From: Deltaproteobacteria bacterium UBA4427
Lineage (GTDB): Bacteria; Myxococcota_A; UBA9160; UBA4427
NCBI GenBank assembly: GCA_002390675.1
Contig: DGPZ01000089.1
Location: 1 to 59,940 of the forward strand
Length of the DNA stretch: 59,940 bases
Direction of reading: 5' to 3'
Below are positions 40,376 to 50,192 of this stretch, piece by piece. The notes under the pieces were generated by a model. It saw nothing but the letters and a program-made list of their open reading frames with translations, made no database searches and was not told the origin of the DNA. The position numbers and the translations under genes were made by a program. Numbering within the stretch: position 1 is the first letter of the stretch; every line of letters begins with the position of its first letter.

Positions 40376-41382
40376 ACGCGCCATTGAACCGTCCACCCCC
40401 GTCGGAACCAAACGATCATGCCGGCGGCAATGAGCCAGACGATTGGGTAGCCGCGATCGCGCCAGACGGTCTCCTCGTCTTCATTGATTGCGTCGATGAA
40501 GTGGCGATTGATCCGAAGCATCACCGAGTCGACATCCGCTTCGTAGAGGCTCGAGTAGACAAGTGGTGCCCGCGTGGCGGAGGAAATCGCTTCGAGGCCG
40601 TGGCGGTACACGGGCGGGGCGCTTTCGGAATTCTCAAAGGATACGGCGAGGTTCATTCCATCCGCGCGGGTCTCGCCGCCCTCGTCGGTCCCGAACGCAA
40701 GCAGGATCAGCTGATCTTTGCTCCGAGTCACGAATCTGGAAAATTGCTCGGCGTGCCTCTCGGTGATTCCGTCTGTTAGAAATAGCAATGTCCCGCTTAC
40801 GGACTCCTTCGCCAATAGGTCGGCCGCAAGTTCAAGCGCGCGTTCGGGCGAATCGCCTGGGGTCGGCATTAGGTTCGGATGAAGAGCGTCGAGATAGACC
40901 TCGAGTAAATCCGTGTCGTCGGTAAAGGGGAGGAGGAGGTGGGCGCTGCCGGCATATCCGATGACAGCCGTGCGCGAGCCCCGGCGTCGAGCGAGCAGGT
41001 CACGCAACTTGAAGCGTGCTCGATCGAGCCGAGTAGGTTCCTGGTCTATGCAGAGCATGCTCGGTGTGAGTTCAATAGCAATGATGAGCGGAGCCTGATC
41101 TTGAGTGAACGGCGTGATCTCGCGCTCCCAAGCAGGCCCTGCAAGGACGATTGCGATCAAGGTGAGTAGGCACGTCATCAGTTGGTAAGGCCTAATACGA
41201 ACCCGATTCCGCCCAGCGACGGTGAGGTGCGTTAGGAGTTCTGGCGCGATGGATCCTTTCCACTGTATGGACGCGCTGTAGGCTCGGCGCAGCTTCATGT
41301 GGACCCATAGGACGCAGGGGATCAAGAGTAGCCACAACGGGCGGATGAAATGAAAGTCGGCGAGCTGAGGATCAGGCAGCAT
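40372..41382 (-). CDS. VWA domain protein (BatB-like)
   Basis: FHFIRPLWLL, AGPAW, ELTPSM (variant MIDAS), PTRLDRAR, YAGSAH, LTDG, WFRRGW. Confidence 0.85.
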   Translation of the reverse strand: MLPDPQLADFHFIRPLWLLLIPCVLWVHMKLRRAYSASIQWKGSIAPELLTHLTVAGRNRVRIRPYQLMTCLLTLIAIVLAGPAWEREITPFTQDQAPLIIAIELTPSMLCIDQEPTRLDRARFKLRDLLARRRGSRTAVIGYAGSAHLLLPFTDDTDLLEVYLDALHPNLMPTPGDSPERALELAADLLAKESVSGTLLFLTDGITERHAEQFSRFVTRSKDQLILLAFGTDEGGETRADGMNLAVSFENSESAPPVYRHGLEAISSATRAPLVYSSLYEADVDSVMLRINRHFIDAINEDEETVWRDRGYPIVWLIAAGMIVWFRRGWTVQWRV

Positions 41383-42361
41383 TATTCGTGCGCCCTCCCG
41401 GAACTCGGAGCATGATGCTGAAGAGCGCGAGCCCGAGAACCATGAGTGCGGCGAGTGGAACCCAGTGCAAGGTTCGCTTCGGTCGGTAGCTCAGGCTGTC
41501 GATTCGGTCGGGCTCCAAACGATCGAGTTCGGCATAGATCGCTTCGAGCTCTCTGCCATCCAGCGCCAGGAAAAATGAGCCGCCCGTAGTGCGTGAAATC
41601 GTCTCAAGCGTTTCGGCATCGAGGGCCTGTTCACCAACTGTCGCCGGATCGCCTATCGCGATGGTGTGGACGGTGATGCCTTCTTCGGCGGCAATCTGGG
41701 CGGCTCGGCCGACGGGCATATCGCTACCGGTGTCGTTTCCGTCTGTAAGAAGGATGACAACTTTGTTTTGCTTGTCGCTCGCTTCGAATAGCCGCACCGC
41801 GAGTCCGATTGCGTCCCCAATCATGGTTCGCGGGCCAGCCATACGTGGCCTGAGTTCGGCTAATAGCGCTTCGATGACTTCACGATCTTCCGTAAAGGGG
41901 GACTGCAGGTAGGCCGCTGTGCCAAATGCTGCGAGTGCGAGGCGATCATTCTCTCGACGAGCGATAAAGCTCCCCAGCACGTCTTTCACGGCATCCAGTC
42001 GCGTCGCCAGACTCCCATCCGCACGGGTGAAATCTGATTCTTCCATCGATCCTGACAAGTCAACGATGAGCATTAGGTCTCGGGCGGGACGATGCTGCAG
42101 GATGGGGTCGCCGACCCAAACCGGGGCGGCCAGGGCGGTGACGATCAAGCTCCAACCTATGACGTGGAAGGCTTTCTGCCAAATGCCTTTTCGGACTACG
42201 ACCGCGCCTTCTTTGGGTTGTGTACCGGTGAGCGATGCGAGGAGCTGGAAGAAGGGCGTGCGAACGGCTTCGCTCTCATCACGAAATTCGGGAACGAGCC
42301 AAATAACGAATAGCGGCGCGGCGAGTAACGCGAATGCCCATGGCAATTCAAACTCGAGCAC
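41372..42361 (-). CDS. VWA domain protein (BatA-like)
   Basis: RDLMLIVDLSGSM (DxSxS MIDAS), PFTED, TMIGDAIG, LLTDGNDTGS; CAGGAG RBS. Confidence 0.88.
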   Translation of the reverse strand: MLEFELPWAFALLAAPLFVIWLVPEFRDESEAVRTPFFQLLASLTGTQPKEGAVVVRKGIWQKAFHVIGWSLIVTALAAPVWVGDPILQHRPARDLMLIVDLSGSMEESDFTRADGSLATRLDAVKDVLGSFIARRENDRLALAAFGTAAYLQSPFTEDREVIEALLAELRPRMAGPRTMIGDAIGLAVRLFEASDKQNKVVILLTDGNDTGSDMPVGRAAQIAAEEGITVHTIAIGDPATVGEQALDAETLETISRTTGGSFFLALDGRELEAIYAELDRLEPDRIDSLSYRPKRTLHWVPLAALMVLGLALFSIMLRVPGGRTNNAA

Positions 42362-42833
42362 GATGGCTCCTGATGAATAGACGGCTCGATGCAATGAGCC
42401 GCGTGGTGGACTCCCTCTCCAATTGTTTTGCGAGCTGTGGGTCGTAGGCGAGCTGATCCAACCATCGCGCGTCGTCGGGTAGGAAACTTGCGCCCTGTTG
42501 ATTCAACCAGTCAACCCATTCCGAGCCGTGGAGATTCGCGACTTCTTGTCTCGGGAACGCTGCGAGTGCGGTGCGGCGAAGGAGTGCTGGCAGATGAACA
42601 AGCCTTGCGTTGTCCCTCGCTATTTCAGACAAATCGGTCTCTGCTACGCGCCGATAGGCTTGGTGCTGCCAGGCGCGATACCCTCGTAGTGCCATCCACG
42701 TGAGTCCTAGGACAAGAACGAGCGCGACAAGTCCCCAGCCATAGGTTTGTGGCATCCACGAGATGGCTTCGGGGCGGGGAAGTTCGCGAAGCCCCCACAT
42801 CGGATCTCCAGCGGAAGAGCCAGCCACCTTCAT
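42348..42833 (-). CDS. DUF4381 domain protein
   Basis: LRELPRPEAISWMPQTYGW, TM helix, YRR, LLRRTAL, LHGSEW..WL. Confidence 0.85.
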   Translation of the reverse strand: MKVAGSSAGDPMWGLRELPRPEAISWMPQTYGWGLVALVLVLGLTWMALRGYRAWQHQAYRRVAETDLSEIARDNARLVHLPALLRRTALAAFPRQEVANLHGSEWVDWLNQQGASFLPDDARWLDQLAYDPQLAKQLERESTTRLIASSRLFIRSHRARV

Positions 42834-43762
42834 GGCCTCCGTGAGTGGGCGCGGCGTCCAAACAGAGCGCTGAGCTGCCCGGCCGCAGGGGCTTCAGTAC
42901 CCAGCGAAACCATAGGCACTTTCCGCTTGGTGAGTTCCTTTTGACCCGCATCAATCACCATTTGAAAGGTCTGAGCGAAGGATGACCGGAGGGATGGGTC
43001 GGCCGCATCGAATTCAAGCTGAAGGTCGCCGTTACTTACGACCAAACGATCTGCCTCCGGAAGCTGCCGCTCAAGCGGGTCGCTCACTCGCATGACCAGG
43101 ACGTCGTTATGTTGCGTGAGCCGATTGAGCAAAGGCCGAGTGGCTTCGTTGAACCCATCGAGATCGCTGATAAGTACGACGAGGTGATCGTGTTTAGCGA
43201 GACGACCAGCGTGGCCCAAAATTCGATTCAGCTGCGTTGGGCGTGAAATTCGTCCGTCATCCGCCCGCAGTGACCTGTTCATTTTTTCGATCACGCGAAG
43301 AATCGCCATGGATCCAGATTCGCTACGCGCCGGTCGGAGTTCGATTTGATCTTCATCGTTGAAGACGATTGCGCCGGGCTGATCCCCCTTCGCTAGGACC
43401 TGCCATAGGGTGAGTGCTGCGGCGTGCGCTGCAGTCACGGACTTCATATGGAGGCGACTCCCGAAGAACATGTTAACGCGCTGATCGACAAGCAGGAGCG
43501 CGGGGCGGTTCCGTTCTTCGTCGTAGACCCGCGTGTGCGGCCGACGCGTTCGCGCGGTGACTTTCCAGTCGATATCGCGGATATCGTCTCCCGGGACGTA
43601 GGCACGGAGTTCACGGAAGTCGAGTCCCCGTCCGCGGAGACGCGAAGCGTGCGCGCCAGGGAGCGGGCTATGAATAGGCATGCGGGGTAGGAAGGTGAGT
43701 TCGCGTGCCTCTCGCCGTAGTCCCACCAGTTCGCGGATCGATACGAATGCCGCGTCAGACAC
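42830..43762 (-). CDS. DUF58 domain protein
   Basis: RGRGLDFRELRAYVPGDDIRDIDWKVTAR. Confidence 0.92.
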   Translation of the reverse strand: MSDAAFVSIRELVGLRREARELTFLPRMPIHSPLPGAHASRLRGRGLDFRELRAYVPGDDIRDIDWKVTARTRRPHTRVYDEERNRPALLLVDQRVNMFFGSRLHMKSVTAAHAAALTLWQVLAKGDQPGAIVFNDEDQIELRPARSESGSMAILRVIEKMNRSLRADDGRISRPTQLNRILGHAGRLAKHDHLVVLISDLDGFNEATRPLLNRLTQHNDVLVMRVSDPLERQLPEADRLVVSNGDLQLEFDAADPSLRSSFAQTFQMVIDAGQKELTKRKVPMVSLGTEAPAAGQLSALFGRRAHSRRP

Positions 43763-43770
43763 CGTTCAGC

Positions 43771-44739
43771 TCACGGCACAGCGACTAGCTTGAGGAGCTC
43801 GTCGACTATTTGGTTAGGCGTAATGCCTTCTGCGCTCGCTTCGTAGGAGGGCGAGACGCGGTGTCGCAATACGTCGTGAACGATTCCACGAACGTCTTCC
43901 GGCGTGGTGTAGCTGCGGCCGTCGAGCCATGCACGGACTCGCGCAGCGCGGTCGAGATGGATTCCGCCTCTAGGACTTGCGCCGTGATCGATCCAGCCAG
44001 CCAGATCGCTCGAATAGCGCTCGGGGTGTCGTGTCGCCGAAACCAAGTCGACGAGGTAACGCGTAATGGCGGGGGAACTCTCGACAGCGTCAATTTCGAC
44101 GCGGGCAGCGAAAATTGCAGACTGCGCGATCGGGGCGGGGCCAGCCTGCGTATGTCGTTGTGTATTTTCGTGTCGCACGAGTTCGATGATCCGCGTTTCG
44201 TCGTCTTCATTCGGGTAGCCAACTTCAACGTGCATCATGAACCGATCGAGTTGCGCTTCCGGAAGTGGATAGGTGCCATCGTGATCGATGGGATTTTGCG
44301 TGGCCATCACCATGAAGAGTTCTGGCAATGAATGCGTCGTGCCTGCGACCGTGACCTGTCGCTCCTCCATCGCCTCGAGAAGCGCAGCCTGGACTTTGGC
44401 AGGGGCGCGGTTGACCTCGTCCGCCAGGACGATGTTGCTGAAGATGGGGCCCGGCTGATATCTAAACTCGCCGCCGCCTTCGGTCGCGTAGTAGATCTCC
44501 GTGCCCGTGATGTCCGCAGGCAGCAGATCAGGCGTGAATTGAACCCGCGAGAGGTCCGCTTCAAGATTCCCGGCGAGCGCTTTCACAGCGCGAGTCTTTG
44601 CGAGTCCAGGAAGGCCTTCAACGAGAAGATTGCCATTGGCGAGCAAGCCGACCACCAGGCGATCGACGAGAGTCGATTGTCCGATGATCGATTCGCTGAT
44701 TTGGTCTCTTAGGCGCTGGATCTCGCTTAACTGCGACAC
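43771..44739 (-). CDS. moxR: MoxR family AAA+ ATPase
   Basis: Walker A EGLPGLAKT, RVQFTPDLLPADITG, LADEVNRAPAKVQAALLEAM, TQNPI, YPLPEAQLDRF. Confidence 0.93.
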   Translation of the reverse strand: MSQLSEIQRLRDQISESIIGQSTLVDRLVVGLLANGNLLVEGLPGLAKTRAVKALAGNLEADLSRVQFTPDLLPADITGTEIYYATEGGGEFRYQPGPIFSNIVLADEVNRAPAKVQAALLEAMEERQVTVAGTTHSLPELFMVMATQNPIDHDGTYPLPEAQLDRFMMHVEVGYPNEDDETRIIELVRHENTQRHTQAGPAPIAQSAIFAARVEIDAVESSPAITRYLVDLVSATRHPERYSSDLAGWIDHGASPRGGIHLDRAARVRAWLDGRSYTTPEDVRGIVHDVLRHRVSPSYEASAEGITPNQIVDELLKLVAVP

Positions 44740-44753
44740 GTGGCTGGTCCCCG

Positions 44754-46295
44754 CTACTGCTGCGTTTGCTGCCGCACTCGTTTCATGATGTCGCCGAAAA
44801 TCTCTTCCATGCCGTAGCTGACGGGCGCCTGGCTGGGAGGGTACTCCTTCAAAGTGCCAAGAAATGCTTGAACCACTTGAATCGCTTCGAAAACACGCGG
44901 AACACGGTCGATCCACCACTCGTTGTACATGTTCGAGTCGGTGTCGGCGCGTTCGTAGGGGTCACGCCTAAGATGGAAGAGCTTAGGGATGCGAAGGAAT
45001 ACGAAGGGCTCCCGCCAGACGTCGAAGCGGTGGCCACGCTGTTCCGCAAAGACTGTCTTCCATTCGCCTACACGTACGCCGACAAGGATACCGTCGTCAC
45101 TGAAATACATGAACTCACGGCGTGGCCCCTTTTCGGCCTTGCCTGTCAAATGGGGCACGAAGTTGTAGCCGTCGAGGTGAGCGCGGAAGCGTTTCGCACC
45201 TGAGCGGTAGCCACTCTTCAACTTCTTCTTGATGTTGGAGATGCCTGCGACGGTGGTGAGAGTGGGGACCCAATCGAGGTGCGACATGATCTCGTTCGAG
45301 ACCGAGCCTTTTTCGATCTTGCCAGGCCACCTAACGAAGGCAGGGACCCGGTAACCGCCTTCCCAGTTCGTGTTTTTTTCTGCACGGAAAGGCGTGTTCG
45401 CGGCGTCCGGCCACGTATTGTAGTGCGGGCCGTTGTCCGTGGAATAGAAGACCAGGGTGTTGTCCGCGAGGCCGAGTTCATCGAGTTTGTTCAGAAGTTC
45501 CCCGACCTGACGATCATGATCGACCATGGCGTCGCCGTAGAAATCCTGCCCGGAGACGCCCTTAATTGAGTCGGGCGTGTGGGTGCGAAAATGCATTCGC
45601 GTCGAGTTGAACCAGACGAAGAAGGGCTTGTCCGCCTTGGCCGAGCGATCCATGAAGTTGAGTGCGCTGTCGACGAATTCCTGGTCGACGGTCTCCATCC
45701 GCTTCTTAGTGAGGGCGCCGGTGTCTTCGATCTTGCCGTCCGCATAAGAGTGAATGACGCCGCGAGGGCCGAGTTGTTCGCGGAAGCGCGGGTCTTTCGG
45801 GTAGTCCTCGTTTTCGGGTTCCTCTTCGGCGTTGAGGTGATAGAGGTTGCCGTGGAACTCGTCGAAACCATGATTCGTCGGGAGAAACTCATCCTTGTCG
45901 CCGAGGTGATTCTTGCCGAATTGGCCCGTGGCATAACCCTGGGGCTTGAGCATCTCTGCGAGGGTCGGGTCTTTGGCCTTGATACCGATGTCAGCGCCTG
46001 GTGTACCCACCTTAGTCAGACCGGTTCGGAAAGGACTCTGGCCGGTGATGAAGGACGAGCGGCCCGCTGTGCAGCTCTGATCGCCGTAGTAGTCGGTCAA
46101 GATCATACCTTCGTTGGCGATTCGATCGATGTTCGGCGTGCGGTAGCCCATCATGCCGCGGGTATTGACGGAGATATTGCTGATACCGATGTCATCTCCC
46201 CAAATGATGAGGATATTGGGCTTGTCGGCAGCAAGCGCGACAAGGGGAAAGAGGCAGAGCACCCACGCGATTAGACCAGACTTCATCAGCGACAT
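44754..46295 (-). CDS. Secreted arylsulfatase (Cys-type, CTAGR)
   Basis: Signal peptide, KPNILIIWGDD, SCTAGRSSFITG, GKNHLG, TDNG, WEGGYRVP. Confidence 0.92.
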   Translation of the reverse strand: MSLMKSGLIAWVLCLFPLVALAADKPNILIIWGDDIGISNISVNTRGMMGYRTPNIDRIANEGMILTDYYGDQSCTAGRSSFITGQSPFRTGLTKVGTPGADIGIKAKDPTLAEMLKPQGYATGQFGKNHLGDKDEFLPTNHGFDEFHGNLYHLNAEEEPENEDYPKDPRFREQLGPRGVIHSYADGKIEDTGALTKKRMETVDQEFVDSALNFMDRSAKADKPFFVWFNSTRMHFRTHTPDSIKGVSGQDFYGDAMVDHDRQVGELLNKLDELGLADNTLVFYSTDNGPHYNTWPDAANTPFRAEKNTNWEGGYRVPAFVRWPGKIEKGSVSNEIMSHLDWVPTLTTVAGISNIKKKLKSGYRSGAKRFRAHLDGYNFVPHLTGKAEKGPRREFMYFSDDGILVGVRVGEWKTVFAEQRGHRFDVWREPFVFLRIPKLFHLRRDPYERADTDSNMYNEWWIDRVPRVFEAIQVVQAFLGTLKEYPPSQAPVSYGMEEIFGDIMKRVRQQTQQ

Positions 46296-46468
46296 TTCTC
46301 TCTCCATTTTATTCACCCGCAAGGGCATACGTTACCGCAGTGAATCCCCGGGAGACCAACTCTCAGTCGTTTTATCGTTGTTGCGTGGCGCCACCGGTTC
46401 CCCGAGTTAAAGAATCGCCTTAGACTCCGGCTGGACCGAAACCTGGACGACATCTGAGGAGTGGCTTT

Positions 46469-48019
46469 TTGGGACGACTAATTCGAAGAATCGTGATACT
46501 GGCCGGGGTCGTCGGGCTAGCAGTAAGTGCGCTCGCGGAACCCGGTTTCGCAGCGGACAAATCCCGCCCGAATATTTTGGTGATCTGGGGCGACGATATA
46601 GGCATGTGGAATATCAGTGCCTATCACCGCGGAATGCTTGGCAACCGGACGCCTAATATTGATCGCCTCGCAAACGAGGGCGCGATCTTTACGGACTATT
46701 ACGCGGAGCAGAGTTGTACGGCGGGTCGTTCTGCCTTTATTACCGGCCAGCACCCCCTTCGAACTGGCCTTCTTAAGGTCGGAATGCCAGGGGCGAATAT
46801 AGGTCTTAGTGAAAAAGACCCGACGATCGCCGAACTCCTGAAGCCGCAGGGATACGCCACCGGCCAGTTCGGAAAAAACCATCTGGGCGATAAGGATGAG
46901 TTTCTACCCAGCAACCACGGCTTTGATGAGTTCTTTGGAAATCTCTATCACCTGAATGCCGAAGAAGAACCCGAGACAGAGTTCTACCCGAAGGATGCGG
47001 CCTTTCATGAACGTTATGCGCCGCGTGGTGTGATTCACTCCTTTGCTGACGGTAAAATCGAGGACACCGGGCCGCTCACGCGGAAGCGCATGGAAACGGC
47101 AGACCAGGAGTTCGCGGATGCGGCGGTCGATTTTATCGATCGCGCGCACAAGGCCGACAAGCCGTTCTTCGTTTGGTTCAACTCGACGCGGATGCACGTC
47201 TGGACTCGCCTTGCGGAGAAGTGGAAGGGCAGCAGCGGCTACGGCCTCTATGCCGATGGCATGATGGAACACGACCACCATGTCGGAATGCTGCTCGATA
47301 AGCTGGACGAGCTCGGCATCGATGAGAACACGATCGTTGTCTACTCGACCGACAACGGCTCGCAGACGAATACCTATCCCGATGGCGGCGCCGAGCCGTT
47401 CCGTGGCGAGAAGGGAACGACCTGGGAAGGCGGCTTTCGGGTTCCCGCAATGATTCGCTGGCCCGGCACGGTCGACAAGGGACGCGTCATCAACGATGTC
47501 ATGAATCATCAGGATTGGCTGCCGACGTTCCTTCGTGCCGCGGGCGTGACGGATGTCGTTGCCAAACTCAAGCGTGGGCACAGCGCCGGCGGCAAGCGCT
47601 ACAAGGTGCATATCGATGGTGTCGATCAGACGGAGCTGCTCGACGGCTCCGGCCCCGGGAAGCGGGAGACGGTCTTCTTCTTTGACGACAATGCCAACCT
47701 AAATGCGATTCGCTGGCGGGATTGGAAGATTCATTTCGCAGTCATGAAGGATTGGGCGTCGGGACGAAGTCCCTTGGTCTTTCCGACCGTGATGAACCTC
47801 CGAACCGACCCCTTCGAGACATCCATGGACTCGGGAATGTATGCACGCTTCATGGCGGATCAGCTCTGGCTTTTCGTGCCTATGCAGGAAGTCGTTGGTA
47901 AGTGGATTTCGACCTATCGCGAATTCCCGCCACGCCAAGCGACTGCGAGTTTCACCATCGATCGAGTGATGAAGCAGATGCAAGCCGCGGCCGCCGCAGC
48001 GGATCGAAAGAGGCAGTGA
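46469..48019 (+). CDS. Secreted arylsulfatase (Cys-type, CTAGR)
   Basis: Signal peptide, RPNILVIWGDD, SCTAGRSAFITG, GKNHLG, TDNG, WEGGFRVP; GAGGAG RBS. Confidence 0.92.
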   Translation: MGRLIRRIVILAGVVGLAVSALAEPGFAADKSRPNILVIWGDDIGMWNISAYHRGMLGNRTPNIDRLANEGAIFTDYYAEQSCTAGRSAFITGQHPLRTGLLKVGMPGANIGLSEKDPTIAELLKPQGYATGQFGKNHLGDKDEFLPSNHGFDEFFGNLYHLNAEEEPETEFYPKDAAFHERYAPRGVIHSFADGKIEDTGPLTRKRMETADQEFADAAVDFIDRAHKADKPFFVWFNSTRMHVWTRLAEKWKGSSGYGLYADGMMEHDHHVGMLLDKLDELGIDENTIVVYSTDNGSQTNTYPDGGAEPFRGEKGTTWEGGFRVPAMIRWPGTVDKGRVINDVMNHQDWLPTFLRAAGVTDVVAKLKRGHSAGGKRYKVHIDGVDQTELLDGSGPGKRETVFFFDDNANLNAIRWRDWKIHFAVMKDWASGRSPLVFPTVMNLRTDPFETSMDSGMYARFMADQLWLFVPMQEVVGKWISTYREFPPRQATASFTIDRVMKQMQAAAAAADRKRQ

Positions 48020-48103
48020 ATCGTGGGCCGGGCGAGATCTGATTCATGGGACAATCGCCGACGCCTCAGATGAGTCCCTTGCGTGATTCAAAGGAAACCG
48101 AAG

Positions 48104-48796
48104 ATGCCAAAATCTTCAGCGGTCGATGAACCCGCTCCATCTTCTCGCCGGCGCCTCAGTCGAGGGGTGATCGGAGCGGTTGCGTTATCGCTCGCGCGGG
48201 TAGACGGGTGCGGAGTGCCGCCTATGCGGCGGGTCGCTGCGGAGTTAGGTGTCGACGTCGCCGCACTCTATCGGCATTTCGAGAACAAGAGCGAGCTTGT
48301 TGAGCATGTCTCGCACCTTGCCTCGGAAGGGGTTGAATTACCGAAGGCCGAAACGGGTCCATGGCGCGACCGATGTCTCGCGCTCTCTGAGGTGATTCGC
48401 GAAGGAATTCGATCCCATCTAGAGCTAGGCTTTTACGGCGGCGGGTTGCCGGGAGCGAATCCGTTCAATGCGCGCGCAAACGGTGCATTGGCGAGCGTGC
48501 TCTTTGATGCGGGGCTTCGCGAACGCGAACTCTTGTTGTCTACTCAAGCGCTGCTGCATCAAATAACCGCAGTCGCAGAGTCGGAAGTACTCGCGAGAGC
48601 GACGCCCCATAGCGGCCATCGATGCTTCGCTGATTTAGTGGGCGCTCAGCTATCCGAGGAAGTTCGCGCCGTGTGGCCGAAACGATCAGAAGGCGCGAGC
48701 AGCATGTCCGATTTCGGCAATTTCTTTCGTTACTCCGTTGAAATTCACCTCGATGCGATTGATGCACGATTAGCGGCTCGAGGGGACCATGCTTAA
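48104..48796 (+). CDS. TetR family regulator (TetR_C-type ligand domain)
   Basis: MRRVAAELGVDVAALYRHFENK HTH, GPWRD. Confidence 0.85.
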   Translation: MPKSSAVDEPAPSSRRRLSRGVIGAVALSLARVDGCGVPPMRRVAAELGVDVAALYRHFENKSELVEHVSHLASEGVELPKAETGPWRDRCLALSEVIREGIRSHLELGFYGGGLPGANPFNARANGALASVLFDAGLRERELLLSTQALLHQITAVAESEVLARATPHSGHRCFADLVGAQLSEEVRAVWPKRSEGASSMSDFGNFFRYSVEIHLDAIDARLAARGDHA

Positions 48797-49232
48797 ATAC
48801 GAACGAGCTGCCGGGCGGAGGTCGCTCGGGCTTTGGATGTGGGTCGTTTTGTTTTCCGTCGCCTTGTCCGTCTTCGGATGTGCCGACCTGGAGGTGGCTT
48901 CCTCAAAGATTCGCTTGTCCCCTTTGGCGGGGCGTGAACTGATCTATCAGTTCCCGAGCGGCCGTACCTACAGCGCGACCTATCATGAGTCCGCGGTTAC
49001 CTTCGTTCTGTTAGAGCCAAGCCTCGCCGAGCCCCCGTCAGCCACCCTGCGCTACTCGTGGGTCGCTTTGCGTGATGATCTGACACTCGTCGTTTGGGAC
49101 AGTGATGAATTCGGAGCGACCTTCGTGATTGACCTCGGCCGGAAAGAACTCCATGCGAGTTCGGTTCGCGAGGGCGGTCAACCTTTTCGGGGTCGCGCAC
49201 AGATCATCGAAGTTCGAGCTACACGCGAATGA
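48789..49232 (+). CDS. Lipoprotein with MoaF/phenolic-acid-decarboxylase-like beta-barrel
   Basis: Lipobox SVFGC; LAGRELIYQFPSGRTY, LVVW, TFVIDL; 8-bp overlap with the TetR. Confidence 0.55.
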   Translation: MLKYERAAGRRSLGLWMWVVLFSVALSVFGCADLEVASSKIRLSPLAGRELIYQFPSGRTYSATYHESAVTFVLLEPSLAEPPSATLRYSWVALRDDLTLVVWDSDEFGATFVIDLGRKELHASSVREGGQPFRGRAQIIEVRATRE

Positions 49233-49264
49233 AGATGGAGAATGGGCCTACGCCCATTCATTAG

Positions 49265-50110
49265 TCAGCGCAGGTTCAGTCGATTCACGCGTGCGACATA
49301 AAAGAGCGTGACCGCGAGCGTGATCGGGAATACGAGCCAGATGCAAAGGCAGCTGAGCCAATAGAAAGCGCGTTCGAATCGCGGCGCCTTCTCCGGCTCC
49401 ATTCCGCGGGGCTCGAAGAAGGGCGCTGAGTAGAGATGCTCGTACCCCTCAAAACGAGTCTGCATACGCGAAATCCAGGCTCGCAAGCAGTCAAGGTCAG
49501 GCGCATCTTTAAGTACGGCCAGGCTAGGCCCAGGGATGCTCGCAAACATCTGCACTTGCCCAAAGAGTTGTAAGTCGATGATCTGCGGTGAATCACCGCC
49601 GAGAAATGGCGAACCTGTCGCGAGTCTTTCCTCCCAATAACTGAATTGGGTAGCGAGTTGGCTTGCACTTCGTTGGGAGAGGCGTCTCCGCAGCAGGGTG
49701 AGGATCGTAAAGAAGTAGAAGACCGAAAAGGTTCGGCGCAGATGCCCCCAGAGTCGTCCCAGTACCGAAGGCGAATGCTCTCGCAGATGACTCCAGCTAT
49801 ACCAAAACTTCCAAATACTCTCAGTTCGTTCTCGTGCGCCATTCATGAACACCCGATTGAGCGCCTCCTTGTCGGCTTGGCTTCCGTCCTCGAATCCAAG
49901 GGACTCTAGAATACGCCCGGAATCCAGCGCCCAAGGCGCTTGATCAAATTTTGCCGCGGGCATCATGATTCCAGAGTGGAGGAAAAGGCTGAGCGGGGGC
50001 ACTGTTCTGACGATATGAGGAATCTGCCTTTCATAGACGCCGAGAAGAACCGCCTGCACCCACGGCGAATGGTTCCCCCCATAAACTTGAATCTGGGTTG
50101 GCAGGCTCAT
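49265..50110 (-). CDS. Glutathione S-transferase-like protein with C-terminal TM helix
   Basis: HSPWVQAV, MPAA, DSGRIL, FLGGDSPQIIDLQLFG, WISRM; hydrophobic C-terminus. Confidence 0.65.
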   Translation of the reverse strand: MSLPTQIQVYGGNHSPWVQAVLLGVYERQIPHIVRTVPPLSLFLHSGIMMPAAKFDQAPWALDSGRILESLGFEDGSQADKEALNRVFMNGARERTESIWKFWYSWSHLREHSPSVLGRLWGHLRRTFSVFYFFTILTLLRRRLSQRSASQLATQFSYWEERLATGSPFLGGDSPQIIDLQLFGQVQMFASIPGPSLAVLKDAPDLDCLRAWISRMQTRFEGYEHLYSAPFFEPRGMEPEKAPRFERAFYWLSCLCIWLVFPITLAVTLFYVARVNRLNLR

Positions 50111-50192
50111 CGATTGTCAGCTCCTTCGCGTTGCGACGTTGTGATCGTGACGTCCCGTCAAGCCGGCAGGCGTAGGGCCCTGTAGGTTAGGT

